The notes under the pieces were generated by a model. It saw nothing but the letters and a program-made list of their open reading frames with translations, was not told the origin of the DNA and made no database searches. The position numbers and the translations under genes are program-made. Below, piece by piece: positions 1 through 10,673 of a DNA stretch of 41,072 nt. The stretch comes from Octopus sinensis (lineage: Eukaryota): positions 1 through 41,072 of the forward strand of contig NW_021826203.1 in the NCBI RefSeq assembly GCF_006345805.1. The letters run 5' to 3'. The stretch's first letter is position 1, and each line of letters opens with the position of its first letter.

Positions 1-101
1 GAACTGGAGGAATGTGAAATAAAGTGTCTTGCTCAAGAACACAATGCACAGCCCAATCTAGAATTGAACTTACCACCTCATGATTGTGAGCTTACACACT
101 A

Positions 102-105
<4 letters not shown>
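1..105 (-). mobile_element. SINE-D head fragment (tRNA-type)
   Basis: Matches 11480-11588 (ggagcaacatgaaatgaagtgttttactcaa...) and the reverse complement of 17900-18030; cut by the window start. Confidence 0.5.
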
Positions 106-152
<47 letters not shown>

Positions 153-257
153 ATATATATTATATATACATGTATATATATATATATGTATAATTATATA
201 TGTATTTTATATATATGTATATGTATATATATATTGTATATATTTATATGTATATAT

Positions 258-290
<33 letters not shown>
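106..290. repeat. Degenerate (TA)n microsatellite
   Basis: Direct reading; source of the IYIYIY ORFs. Confidence 0.95.
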
Positions 291-297
<7 letters not shown>

Positions 298-521
298 TAC
301 ACATTACAGATATTACACCGCAATATTAATACAAACAAAACAGCGTTCTTCTCCCTCACACAACTCACTCACCTATTATAACTAAGTAAATTAAAAAAAA
401 CATTAAACATACCCATCTTCTCTTGTACCTCTCACTACCTTTATTGTCTCAATATTGGCACATATTGATAAAAACAAACAGAAATAAGCATTATCTTCAA
501 ACAATGATGTCTCCTCACTAT

Positions 522-695
522 GGACAGACAGACAGACAGACACACACTGAGGCACACACATATATATGCACACTCAGAGAGAGACACATACATACACACA
601 CACACACACACACATACACACTCAGAGACACACCCAGACTCACACACACACACTCAGAGACACACACAGACTCACACACACTCACACATAGACAA

Positions 696-726
<31 letters not shown>

Positions 727-912
727 GGCACACACACATACTTATACATGCAAACACATACATACATGTACGCACTTAGACACTCACACATACACACTCA
801 GAGACACACACAGACTCACACACACATACTCACACACACACTCACATACACACACAGATGCAGACACACACACATAGAGAGACACACACACATACAAACA
901 CACACAGAGACA
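522..912. repeat. Degenerate (CA)n/(GACA)n microsatellite
   Basis: Direct reading; source of the HTHT/CVCV ORFs. Confidence 0.95.
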
Positions 913-1152
913 CTGTCATCACATCAAATATATATAACTGAAATAGTTTACGGAAAAAAATTGAAAGAAAATTCTCAGATTTTAGAAATTTTTACCAACT
1001 TAGAATATGTAGTGGAAATATTTATCATGGTTTTAGAGGCACCCAAGAAACATGTTCAAAACCATTAAACCCATCTGGTGTATATATACATATGATGTAT
1101 ATATACACACACACACATATATATATACTACATATATATATATATATATATA

Positions 1153-1349
1153 TACTTTATTTAAAGCAGCTGAAAATTCCACAAAACCTGTTACTCTGAG
1201 TTTATTGGTTCTATTCTAGCAAAAACTGTCCGACGAACGGCAACGCAAAACTCAGAGTAACAGGTTTTGTGGAATCTTCTGGTGCTTTAAATAAAGCATA
1301 TTACTCTACCACTGGTATTTGAGTACTCTTCTTTCCACCTTTACTCCGG
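1153..1349. mobile_element. Fold-back element (51-bp arms plus unique tail) in (TA)n, Penelope-like pseudo-LTR derivative
   Basis: 1153-1203 is the reverse complement of 1248-1298; 50-nt tail follows; hammerhead-like motif at 1221-1268. Confidence 0.7.
1221..1268 (+). ncRNA. Degenerate type I hammerhead-like motif
   Basis: Stem I aaaa-ctgt/acag-tttt, core CCGACGA, short stem II, AAAAC in place of GAAAC, near-palindromic ACTCAGAGT, GUA triplet. Confidence 0.45.
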
Positions 1350-1358
1350 TATATATAA

Positions 1359-1391
<33 letters not shown>

Positions 1392-1396
1392 TTTTT

Positions 1397-1606
1397 TACT
1401 CTTTTACTTGTTTCAGTCATTTGACTGCAGCCATGCTGGAGCACCACCTTTAGATGGACAAATCAACATCTGAACTTATTCTTTGTAAGCTTAGTAGTTA
1501 TTGTATCGGTCTCTTTTGCCAAACCACTAAGTTACGGGGATGTAAACACACCAACACCAGCTGTCAAGTGATGGTGTGGAGGAGGAACAAAAACAGACAC
1601 ACAAAC
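1397..1606 (-). mobile_element. SINE-A 3' half
   Basis: tactcttttacttgtttcagtcatttgactg...cacagacacacaaac, shared with the other copies. Confidence 0.9.
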
Positions 1607-1964
1607 ATATACATATATATATATATATATATAGATAGATAGATAGATAGATACCTTAGTTAAATGGAAGTTACATTGTCATCAAAGGATCCCAAGTTAA
1701 CTCATTAAGTAATTATTACTCCCAAGGTACTACTAGCTAGGAAACGCATGTAGCCTGGATTTTACCAAAACCATTTGGATTTATTTGCAATATACAGGTG
1801 CGGTGAATATATTGTCGTCTAAATTACGCAAAAACAAAAATAACACTGACGTCTCATTTTAACAGATATATTTACCAAAATTACATAAAAATATCTCAAA
1901 ATACTCTTTGTGTGTTTGTGTGTGTGTTGTGTGTGTGTGTGTGTGTCTTTGTCCCTTTAATTAA

Positions 1965-2115
1965 GCAGCTTGAGCAAAAGAGACCAATAGAATAAATACT
2001 AAACTTGACTCTCACCTATCAAAAAAAAGTAAAAACGAAATACTGGGTTTGATTTGTTCTACTAAACCCTTCAAGGCAGTACTCCAGCATGGTCCCAAGG
2101 CAACGACTGAAATGG
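1965..2115 (+). mobile_element. Diverged SINE-A-related 3' half
   Basis: gcaaaagagaccaatagaata...ctccagcatgg...gactgaaa. Confidence 0.6.
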
Positions 2116-2120
2116 TTTAA

Positions 2121-2342
2121 CCCTTATGATACCAACCCAGCTGAAACTGCCTCTGGCTCTGTAGTACAAATGTCTTGTTTTCAAAAGTTCTCAATTAAAA
2201 TCTTCCACCAACCCTTAATCACAATTTATGTTCCTAACACCAGCTTAATGATAACGAAGTTATTTTACTTAATCCCTCGTTGTATTTAAAATTAATTGAA
2301 AGAAACAGAGAGCATCTCAACAGAAATATGGTAACAAAAGAG
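2121..2342. mobile_element. piggyBac-like MITE
   Basis: TTAA at 2117-2120 and 2343-2346; imperfect TIRs cccttatgatacca / tggtaacaaaagag. Confidence 0.7.
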
Positions 2343-2669
2343 TTAAAGGAGGGACTGGGGAATTTTTTTAACCGATTACTCCAAAATATATTTATTTACG
2401 CTGACGTTACCCCCTTGAATTGAAAATTATAGATTCTTTGAATTCAAAAGGTTTTTAAATCTATTTTATTGAATCTGTTTATGTGAATCTATTTACATGT
2501 CCCTTATATTGGACAGATGCAGCGTTGCCAAATGAAAAATTTCTGTCGTAACTAGGAATAGGTTTTTTATATAATTTTACTTATGTCTAACGAGTCCTCA
2601 TTACACACAATAATTTCATTTTTATTCGCCTTTGGGTAATTTAACCTGGTTCGCTGATCCATGGTTTAA

Positions 2670-2875
2670 AGCATGGGTCACCAAACTGTGGCCTGTGGGC
2701 TGGATCTGTCCTGCTAAGTTAGTTCATCCAGCCAGCCATGGCGCTATATCTTTTGTGTAAGTACCTGCAATGAGAGTTCATTTGCCTCTGGTATGGCATC
2801 AGTGTTTGGAACAACTTAAGTCAATGAGCAAACACTTTCAAAAATGAAGTATGTGAAGTCAGCACATCAAACATA
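2670..2875 (+). pseudogene. hAT (Charlie-like) remnant: terminal-like segment plus C-terminal dimerization motif
   Basis: gggtcaccaaactgtggcctgtgggctggatc resembles a Charlie end; 2793-2870 reads MASVFGTT*VNEQTLSKMKYVKSAH, like the FGSTYxCExxFSxMK motif. Confidence 0.7.
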
Positions 2876-2878
2876 TGA

Positions 2879-3150
2879 CACTCAGTTCTTCCAGAAACCA
2901 CTATATTCAGTGACCTGTGGCAAGCTTATAACCATATCCCAGAAACTGTGACCCATGATTTCAAACATAGAACTGTGAACCATAGCATTGAATTTATAAA
3001 CTCAAAAGAAAGTGTGGAAACAAACGCCAGTGTGGGACACACCATTCCATCGTTGATTCTTATCTTTGTGAATTTACGTGGAGAAGGAGATATAAGAAAG
3101 ATGATTTATTTTATAAAATCCTAGAGTGTATTGCAAACTTTTGCTCTTGA
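2879..3150 (+). pseudogene. Merlin (IS1016-like) transposase C-terminal remnant
   Basis: HSVLPETTIFSDLWQAYNHI...HRTVNHSIEFIN, then after a deletion NKRQCGTHHSIVDSYLCEFTWRRRYKKDDLFYKILECIA; SDxWxAY, HxTVNHS and YLxEFxWR motifs. Confidence 0.85.
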
Positions 3151-3184
3151 ATTTTTTAACATATAAATATCTGTTTCAAGCAAT

Positions 3185-3463
3185 GTTTTGACTGTTATTT
3201 CTAGCAACTCCTGTTGATTAGCTCGTAGCCTTTAAATATTTAATTTGCTCATGAATACTCTTTACTCTTTTACTTGTTTCAGTCATTTGACTGCGGCCAT
3301 GCTGGAGCACCACCTCTAATCGAGCAAATCGACCCCGGGACTTATTCTTTTGTAAGCCCAGTACTTATTCTATCAGTCTCTTTTGCCGATCTGCTAAGTA
3401 ACACACCAGCATCGGTTGTCAAGCAATGCTAGGGGGACAAACACAGACACACAAACACACACA

Positions 3464-3505
<42 letters not shown>

Positions 3506-4320
3506 CGACGGGCTTCTTTCAGAATCCGTCTACCAAATCCACTCACAAGGCTTTGGTCGGCCCGAGGCTATAGTAGAAGACACTTGCCCAAGGTGCCACG
3601 CAGTGGGACTGAACCCAGAACTATGTGGTTGGTAAACAAGCTACTTACCACACAGCCACTCCTGCGCCTTTTACTTTGCTTGTGTATATTTTTACTTTGC
3701 TCGTGCATATTTTTATATTTAGACTGTTATTTCTAGCAACTCCTGTTGGTTTGCTTGTTGCTTTTAAATATTCAATTTGCTCATACATGTTTTAATGTTT
3801 CTCACTGTTTTTACTGTTTACTTTGCTCATGTTATATTTTTTATGTTTTGACTGTTATTTCTAGCAACTCCTGTTGGTTTGCTCGTAGCTTTGAAATATT
3901 TAATTTGCTTGCAAATGTTTTAATGTTTTAAAGTGTTTTTACTGTTTACTTTGCTCGTGTATATTTTTATGTTTTTGACTGTTATTTCTAGCAACTCCTG
4001 TTGGTTTGCTTCTTGCTTTTAAATATTTAATTTACTCCCGAATGTTTTAATGTTTCTCACTGTTTTTACTGTTTACTTTGCTCATGTATATTTTTGTTTT
4101 GACTGTGATTTCTAGCAACTTCTGTTGGTTTGCTCGTAGCTTTTAAATATTTAATTTGCTCATGAATGTTTTAATGTTTCTCACTGTTTTTACTGTTTAC
4201 TTTGCTCATGTATATTTTTATGTTTTCACCGTTATTTCTAGCAACTCCTGTTGGTTTGCTACTTGCTTTTAAATATTTAATTTCCTCATGAATGTTTTAA
4301 TGTTTTTCAGTGTTTATTGT
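3185..4320. repeat. ~127-bp tandem repeat, 6 units, interrupted by SINE-A
   Basis: gactgttatttctagcaactcctgttg near 3190, 3722, 3850, 3977, 4101 and 4228. Confidence 0.95.
3256..3668 (-). mobile_element. SINE-A, full length
   Basis: Head GGCGCAGGAGTGGCTGTGTGG (A box) ...GGGTTCAGTCCC (B box), CCTTGGGCAAG, central (TA)n(TG)n, tail (AAAGAGTA)n. Confidence 0.92.
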
Positions 4321-4599
4321 AGCTAGTTCAATGTTTTCACATGCTGGCGCCCCACCCCGCTTTCTTGCTACTAGGACAGATGATGGAAGCAGCAGTGAAT
4401 GCGCTGTTTTCTGATTGGCTGAAAACTCTAAAAATGATCAAACTTTGAACACCTGTAACATTTTCGCAAAATTTTTGACGCTGAATCCAAATTTGTTATT
4501 CATTTATTCCAGAAAAATCTATATGATACATGAAAAAATTTTTTTAAAAGATTTTGACATGCGGTGACAATAACCAGAAAGATGCCAACCACTTACATA

Positions 4600-4695
4600 C
4601 CCCCCACCGCCACCACCACCACCACCACCACCACCACCTACGTCACCACAACCACACCACCACCACCACCACCACCACCACCACACCACCACCAC
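4600..4695. repeat. (CAC)n microsatellite
   Basis: Direct reading. Confidence 0.9.
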
Positions 4696-5084
4696 TCAGA
4701 AACAAAGAGAAACAAAAATTTCCATAAAAGAATAATAGATGCTTCTTTACCCATGAAACAAGCCCCCCCCCCCAAATCACTCAGCCATGTAAAGCCCCAT
4801 TTATCAGGAATATAGCTTGGTAGGCATGCTTTTTTTCTTTAAAGAAACAGCAACCTTATGTTACACACCCATTTTATTTTCATTTTTGGTTTTGTTCTGT
4901 GACCACTGGCAAAATAACAAAACCATCCCAGTTTTAGACAATAACTTTCCAATGCTAAGATGACTACAATCTACCTGGCACATATTATACTCACACAACA
5001 TTTTCCTTTTATAGTTGTCAAAAAACAGCATTCTAAAGCAATGATTCTTGTCCGTTTTTTGTTTATAGATCCCTTTGATTCCTG

Positions 5085-5255
5085 CTTGACTCTACTGAGC
5101 CTTTGCAGCCATTCGATATATTGGACTTCTTTTTTTTTTAAAGCCTAGGACTTACACTGTTGGTCTCTTTTGCTGAACCACTAAGTTACAGGGACATAAA
5201 CACACCAACAACAGTTGTCAAGTGGTGGTGGAAGACAAACACAGACACTAAGACA
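5085..5255 (-). mobile_element. Degraded SINE-A 3' fragment
   Basis: ggtctcttttgctgaaccactaagttac...gacaaacacagacac. Confidence 0.75.
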
Positions 5256-5361
5256 CACACATACACACATTTAGCTAAAATTACATAATTTAAAATACAA
5301 GCATACAGACACACATGCACAAGCAAACACATATATATGTAAGTTGATAAAAATTCTATAC

Positions 5362-5526
5362 ATAGGTGCAGGAGTGGCTGTGTGGTAAGTAGCCTGCTTA
5401 CCAGTCATATGGTTCTAGGTTCAGTCCCACTGCATGGCACCTTGGGTAAGTGTCTTCTAATATAGCCTCAGGCTGACCAAAGCCTTTTGAGTGGATTTAG
5501 TAGACGGAAACTGAAAGAAGCGTATC

Positions 5527-5574
<48 letters not shown>

Positions 5575-5740
5575 TCATCAGCATTGTTTAACGTTCGCTT
5601 TCCATGCTAGCATGGGTTAGATGATTTGACTGAGGATGGCAAACCACATGGCAAACCAGGCTCCAATCTTGATCTGGCAGAGCTTCTACAGCTGGATGCC
5701 CTTCCTAACGCCAACCACTCTGAGAGTGTACTAATATACA

Positions 5741-5775
<35 letters not shown>

Positions 5776-5992
5776 GTGTGTGTTTGTATGTCTGTGTTTG
5801 TCCCCCACCATTGCTTGACAACTGATGGCGTCATGTCTATGTCCCCGTAACTTAGCAGTTTGGCAAAAGATACCGATAGAATAAGTACTAGGCTTACAAA
5901 GAATAAGTCCTGGGGTTGATTTGTTCAACTAAAAGTGGTGCTCCAGCATGGCTGCAGTCAAATGACTGAAACAAATAAAAGAATAAAAGAAT
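5362..5992 (+). mobile_element. SINE-A with an RTE 3' end nested in its central (TA)n
   Basis: Head 5362-5530, insertion 5573-5730, tail half 5780-5992. Confidence 0.9.
5573..5730 (-). mobile_element. RTE-family 3' terminus (family B) with (GAT)n tail
   Basis: tttccatgctagcatgggtt...ctggatgcccttcctaacgccaaccactc, the same end as the RT-linked copies at 17207 and 30527. Confidence 0.85.
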
Positions 5993-6574
5993 AATTTTAA
6001 ATACAAACATACAAACACACATACACACACACATACTGTATTTGTAAGTTGATAAAAATTCTATAAATAATTTGTAATCTGCTCGTTAGATTGGTTAAGA
6101 TAAAATAGAATTTTATTACCTTTTGGGATATGACAAATTCCATTAATTGAAAACTAGTCGTCAAGGTGAAAGTAAGAGGTAACTAGCTGGGTGGGTGGGA
6201 GGCTCCAAATTGGTGTACATAAGCTTAAGTGTATAAAATTATTAACCTGGCTAATTAAGAATAAACAGTTTGAGAACAGTAAGGTGGTAGTATTAGCTGA
6301 GATATTAATTCCCACCCCATGGCAAATTATTTTAAATTTCTTTAAATTACTTTAAATATTTGACTCTAATTATATATAAGTTTATAATATATGCAAATAT
6401 ATACATACCTAATTATATGTATAGCAGTGTCTATGTATGATAATTTCACTGGTTTACTTATTTAGTCATCCACTAATAGCTATGTTGATGAAAATACTGT
6501 CTTGAAATATTTGATGTAATTCTGTGTAATAAGCTGGGGTTTATTTATAATGTACATATCAATCAGGCCTAACT

Positions 6575-6760
6575 GGTGCTGGTGTTATGCAGAAAGCACC
6601 TAGTCCACTGTAACAGGGTGTGTAACATAAGGTTGCATCCAGCCATAAAACCATGCCAAAAAAGACAGTGGAGCTTGGTGCATTCTTCTGGCTGGCCGGC
6701 TTCTGTCAAACTGTCCAACCCATGCCAGCATGGAAAATGGACGTTAAATGATGATGATGA
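6575..6760 (+). mobile_element. Family B-related 3' end (variant) with (GAT)n tail
   Basis: gcatccagc...tgtccaacccatgccagcatggaaaatggacgttaaatgatgatg. Confidence 0.7.
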
Positions 6761-6789
6761 TACCTGTGCTCATAATTATATATATACTT

Positions 6790-6992
6790 CTCTACTCTAG
6801 GCACAAAGCCCAAAAGTTTTGGGGACTGGGGTGTCCAGTCGATTAGATCTACTCCAGTATGCAACTGGTACTTAATTTATTGACCCTAAAAGGATGAAAG
6901 GCAAAGTCGACCTTGGCAGAATTTGAACTCAGAATGTAACGGCAGACAAAATCCTGCTGAGCATTTCACTCGGTGTGCTAACGTTTCTGCCT
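6790..6992 (-). mobile_element. SINE-E
   Basis: Reverse complement of ggcagaa..cgttagca...gttctgagttcaaattc...gtcgactttgcctttcatcc...aattaagtaccag. Confidence 0.8.
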
Positions 6993-6999
6993 TGTTATA

Positions 7000-7411
7000 T
7001 ACTCTTTTACTCTTTTACTTGTTTCAGTCATTTGACTGTGGCCATGCTGGAGCACTGCCTTTAATCGAGAAACTCAACCCCGGGACTTTTGTAAGCCCAG
7101 TACTTGTTCTATCAGTCTCTTTTGCCGAACCGCTAAGTAACGGGGACATAAACACACTAGCATCGGTTGTCAAGCAATGCTAGGGGGACAAACACAGACG
7201 CACAAACACACACACGTATATATATATATATATATATGCAAATATACGACGGGCTTCTTTCAGTTTCCATCTACCAAATCCACTCACAAGGCTTTGGTCG
7301 GCCCGAGGCTATAGTAGAAGACACTTGCCCAAGGTGCCATGCAGTGGGACTGAACCCGGAACCATGTGGTTGGTAAACAAGCTACTTACCACACAGCCAC
7401 TCCTGCGCCTA
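7000..7411 (-). mobile_element. SINE-A, full length
   Basis: Same head, central tract and tail as the other copies. Confidence 0.92.
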
Positions 7412-7614
7412 TATATATATATATATAAGTGTTCATGTAACTTTATATGTGATTTAAACTGCATACCTATGTAGCTGTTGCTCTGGCCCCCTGGCTGAGT
7501 ACCAGCAAAAGTGACAGGGCTTCTCATTGGAAGCCATTTCAAAGACCAGCTGCAAAGGCTGGTTTAACCTAACAAGGGTAGACCTCATAGGGTGCAAGTT
7601 ACATGAAGTATAGA

Positions 7615-7890
7615 AGCAGCGTGGCATGTAAAAGCACCTGTGTGGTGTCACCTAAAAGCGTCCATGTGGCACCATGTGAAAGCACCCGTGCAGTGCTACG
7701 TAAAAGCACGAAGCACACTCTGTAAAGTGGTTGGCACTAGGAAGGGCATCCAGCTGCAGAAGCCATGCCAAATCAGATTGGATGGAGTTTGGTGCAGCTC
7801 CCCAGCTTGCCTGCTCTGGTCAAACTGTCCAACCCACGCCAGCATGGACAGTGGACGTTAAATGATGATGATGATGATGATTATGATGAC
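7615..7890 (+). mobile_element. Family B-related 3' end with short gtaaaagcac subrepeats
   Basis: ggttggcactaggaagggcatccagctg...ggacgttaaatgatgatg. Confidence 0.75.
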
Positions 7891-7934
7891 ATACATACAT
7901 ACATATAAATTTCAATGTGTGTAATATATATATA

Positions 7935-7979
<45 letters not shown>

Positions 7980-8104
7980 TAAATTAGAGACAAAACCACT
8001 ATAAGGCAATCATACAATGAAAAGCTTAAACCAATACATACGATTATTTAATTTATATTATTTAAATATATAACAAAATTATTAAAAAAATATAATTAAT
8101 ATAA

Positions 8105-8168
8105 CACTACGATCGTTTCATGGCTGTTAATTTCTTTAAATTTTCAAGTTACAGTCATTCATCAGGTG
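8105..8168 (-). ncRNA. Mirror copy of the hammerhead motif
   Basis: Exact reverse complement of 8201-8264. Confidence 0.75.
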
Positions 8169-8200
8169 GTTTAAATATTTATCAAGATAAATATTTAAAC

Positions 8201-8264
8201 CACCTGATGAATGACTGTAACTTGAAAATTTAAAGAAATTAACAGCCATGAAACGATCGTAGTG
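8201..8264 (+). ncRNA. Minimal type I hammerhead ribozyme motif
   Basis: Stem I cac/gtg; CTGATGA 8204-8210; stem II atgactgt/acagccat; GAAAC 8250-8254; palindromic helix III ACGATCGT; GUA triplet at 8259-8261. Confidence 0.75.
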
Positions 8265-8532
8265 TTATATTAATTATATTTTTTTAATAATTTTGTTATA
8301 TATTTAAATAATATAAATTAAATAATCGTATGTATTGGTTTAAGCTTTTCATTGTATGATTTGCCTTATAGTGGTTTTGTCTCTAATTTAATATAATATA
8401 ATATTTTACTATAAAATTGGATTCAATCCTAAATCTGATTTTTCCCTGTAAGTTTGGATTAATTCCCTAATATTTATTATATATATATATATATATATAT
8501 GAATATATATATACATATGTATATATATATAT

Positions 8533-8831
8533 CACCGTGACCGACCAGGCTATCAGATGTTGCTACACATCGCTGGTCACAATGCGCTTCGCATTGTTTT
8601 AGCCTTCAAATGACGCCACCCCACTGGCTAAGCGAGCAGGCCAACAGAAGAAAGAGTGAGAGAAATTTGTGGCGAAAGAGTACAGCAGGGATCGCCACCA
8701 CCTCCTGCAGGAGCCCCGAGGAGCTTTAGGTGTTTTCGCTCAATAAACACTCACAACGCCCGGTCTGGGAATCGAAACCGCGATCCTATGACCGCAAGTC
8801 CGCTGCTCTAACCACTGGGCCAATGTGGCTC

Positions 8832-8832
<1 letters not shown>
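8533..8832 (-). mobile_element. SINE-C (tRNA-derived head)
   Basis: Minus strand ggagccacattggcccagtggttagagcagcggac...cggtttcgattccc, with A and B boxes. Confidence 0.85.
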
Positions 8833-8873
<41 letters not shown>

Positions 8874-9052
8874 GTACGTTTAAATATTTGTTGTGCAAGA
8901 TTTTTTATGTGAAGTCGTGTGTTGAAACAGATATTGTTATATTTCGGAATGGTAATTTTGCCAGTTTAGCCAATAAAAACACATGCACTATATATTTGGT
9001 GTTACTTTGCTTCAGTGTTATTTATTTTTTAGATTAATCTTAATCTTATTAC

Positions 9053-9097
9053 GGCCAGAGTTCTTTCGTCACACTCCTGTGACTGCATCAGTGGTCC
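9053..9097 (-). ncRNA. Type I hammerhead-like motif with one extra C in the core
   Basis: Minus strand ggacca CTGATG(C)A gtcaca-ggag-tgtgac GAAA g-aa-c UC tggcc; perfect 6-bp stem II, CUC triplet. Confidence 0.6.
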
Positions 9098-9171
9098 TTT
9101 GTTTTCTTCTCACTTATTTGTGTCTCTCCTTACTAACCGTCAGCCATTTTGTATTTCTATTGTATGTCTTC

Positions 9172-9208
<37 letters not shown>

Positions 9209-9524
9209 CTATGTATTTGTTGTGCAAGATTCTTGGGGATGGTCAATTTTTTTTTTACCAAAATGGAATGCACAGGTCAAGACCAGAGGGAAGAGGAGAC
9301 ATGAAGAACAGAAAGTCATTGAAGAGGCCACCCAATGTGTAAGGAAAGAACTCTGACAAATAAACTAATAACAACAATAATAATAATAATAAAGCTAAAT
9401 TGAAAAACAAATAAATAGTGTATGTTGGCAAAAAAGTGACCATCCCCAAAATTTAACTATATATATGTGTGTGTATGTGTGTGTGTGTGTGTGTGCATGT
9501 GTATATGTGTGTGTGTGTGTATAT

Positions 9525-9625
9525 AGCAAGAAACGTTGTGTGGCGTTTTTTGATTTATTAAATTTGTATGATTAGTCTTTCCTTGTTTGTTTGCAAAATA
9601 GTGGTTTTGTCTCAAATAATATTTT
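9525..9625 (+). mobile_element. Fragment homologous to the right arm of the 7970 palindrome
   Basis: GAAACGTTGTG 9530-9540, ttgtatgatt, and agtggttttgtctc 9600-9613 (compare 8370-8383). Confidence 0.6.
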
Positions 9626-9677
9626 ATATATATATATATATATATGAATATATATATACATATGTATATATATATAT

Positions 9678-9975
9678 CACCGTGACCGACCAGGCTATCA
9701 GATGTTGCTACACATCGCTGGTCACAATGCGCTTCGCATTGTTTTAGCCTTCAAATGACGCCACCCCACTGGCTAAGCGAGCAGGCCAACAGAAGAAAGA
9801 GTGAGAGAAATTTGTGGCGAAAGAGTACAGCAGGGATCGCCACCACCTCCTGCAGGAGCCCCGAGGAGCTTTAGGTGTTTTCGCTCAATAAACACTCACA
9901 ACGCCCGGTCTGGGAATCGAAACCGCGATCCTATGACCGCAAGTCCGCTGCTCTAACCACTGGGCCAATGTGGCT

Positions 9976-9977
<2 letters not shown>
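9678..9977 (-). mobile_element. SINE-C, duplicate copy
   Basis: Copy of 8533-8832. Confidence 0.85.
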
Positions 9978-10038
<61 letters not shown>

Positions 10039-10221
10039 GTACATTTAAATATTTGTTGTGCAAGATTTTTTATGTGAAGTCGTGTGTGTGTTGAAACAGA
10101 TATTGTTATATTTCGGAATGGTAATTTTGCCAGTTTAGCCAATAAAAACACACGCACTATATATTTGGTGTTACTTTGCTTCAGTGTTATTTATTTTTTA
10201 TATTAATCTTAATCTTATTAC

Positions 10222-10266
10222 GGCCAGAGTTCTTTCGTCACACTCCTGTGACTGCATCAGTGGTCC
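10222..10266 (-). ncRNA. Duplicate hammerhead-like motif
   Basis: Identical to 9053-9097. Confidence 0.6.
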
Positions 10267-10637
10267 TTTGTTTTCTTCTCATTATTTGTGTCTCTCCTTA
10301 CTAACCGTCAGCCATTTTGTATTTCTATTGTATGTCTTCATTATATATATATATATATATATAATATATATGTGTCTATGTATTTGTTGTGCAAGATTCT
10401 TGGGGATGGTCAATTTTTTTTTTTACAAAATGGAATGCACAGGTCAAGACCAGAGGGAAGAGGAGACATGAAGAACAGAAAGTCATTGAAGAGGCCACGC
10501 AATGTGTAAGGAAAGAACTCTGACAAATAAACTAATAACAACAATAATAATAATAATAAAGCTAAATTGAAAAACAAATAAATAGTGTATGTTGGCAAAA
10601 AAGTGACCATCCCCAAAATTTAACTATATATATGTGT

Positions 10638-10673
<36 letters not shown>

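Larger units (their letters stand above)
3180..4575 (+). mobile_element. Probable right arm of the Merlin element with a subterminal tandem array and a candidate TIR end
   Basis: Follows the transposase stop; ends catgcggtgacaataacc (a GG terminus on the minus strand); left end absent, so the TSD cannot be checked. Confidence 0.55.
7970..8478. mobile_element. Near-perfect palindrome (214/215-bp arms, 2-nt loop) plus a 78-bp tail, in (TA)n; Penelope-like inverted pseudo-LTR architecture
   Basis: 7970-8183 is the reverse complement of 8186-8400 with a single 1-bp indel; hammerhead motif in each arm. Confidence 0.8.

Noticed and set aside
1027-1065. Functional hammerhead (atggtttt/aaaaccat stem, GAAACATGT)
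   Set aside because: The CUGAnGA core is absent; counted only as a possible remnant.
1791-1900. Tc1/mariner left end (TA|CAGGTGCGG)
   Set aside because: No matching right TIR or transposase sequence found.
8401-8478. Minus-strand tail peptide RELIQTYREKSDLGLN as a GIY-YIG C-terminus
   Set aside because: Too short and only vaguely similar; needs an HMM test on a longer copy.
8533-8832. tRNA genes at SINE heads
   Set aside because: A/B boxes are present but there is no closed cloverleaf, and they continue into repeat bodies.
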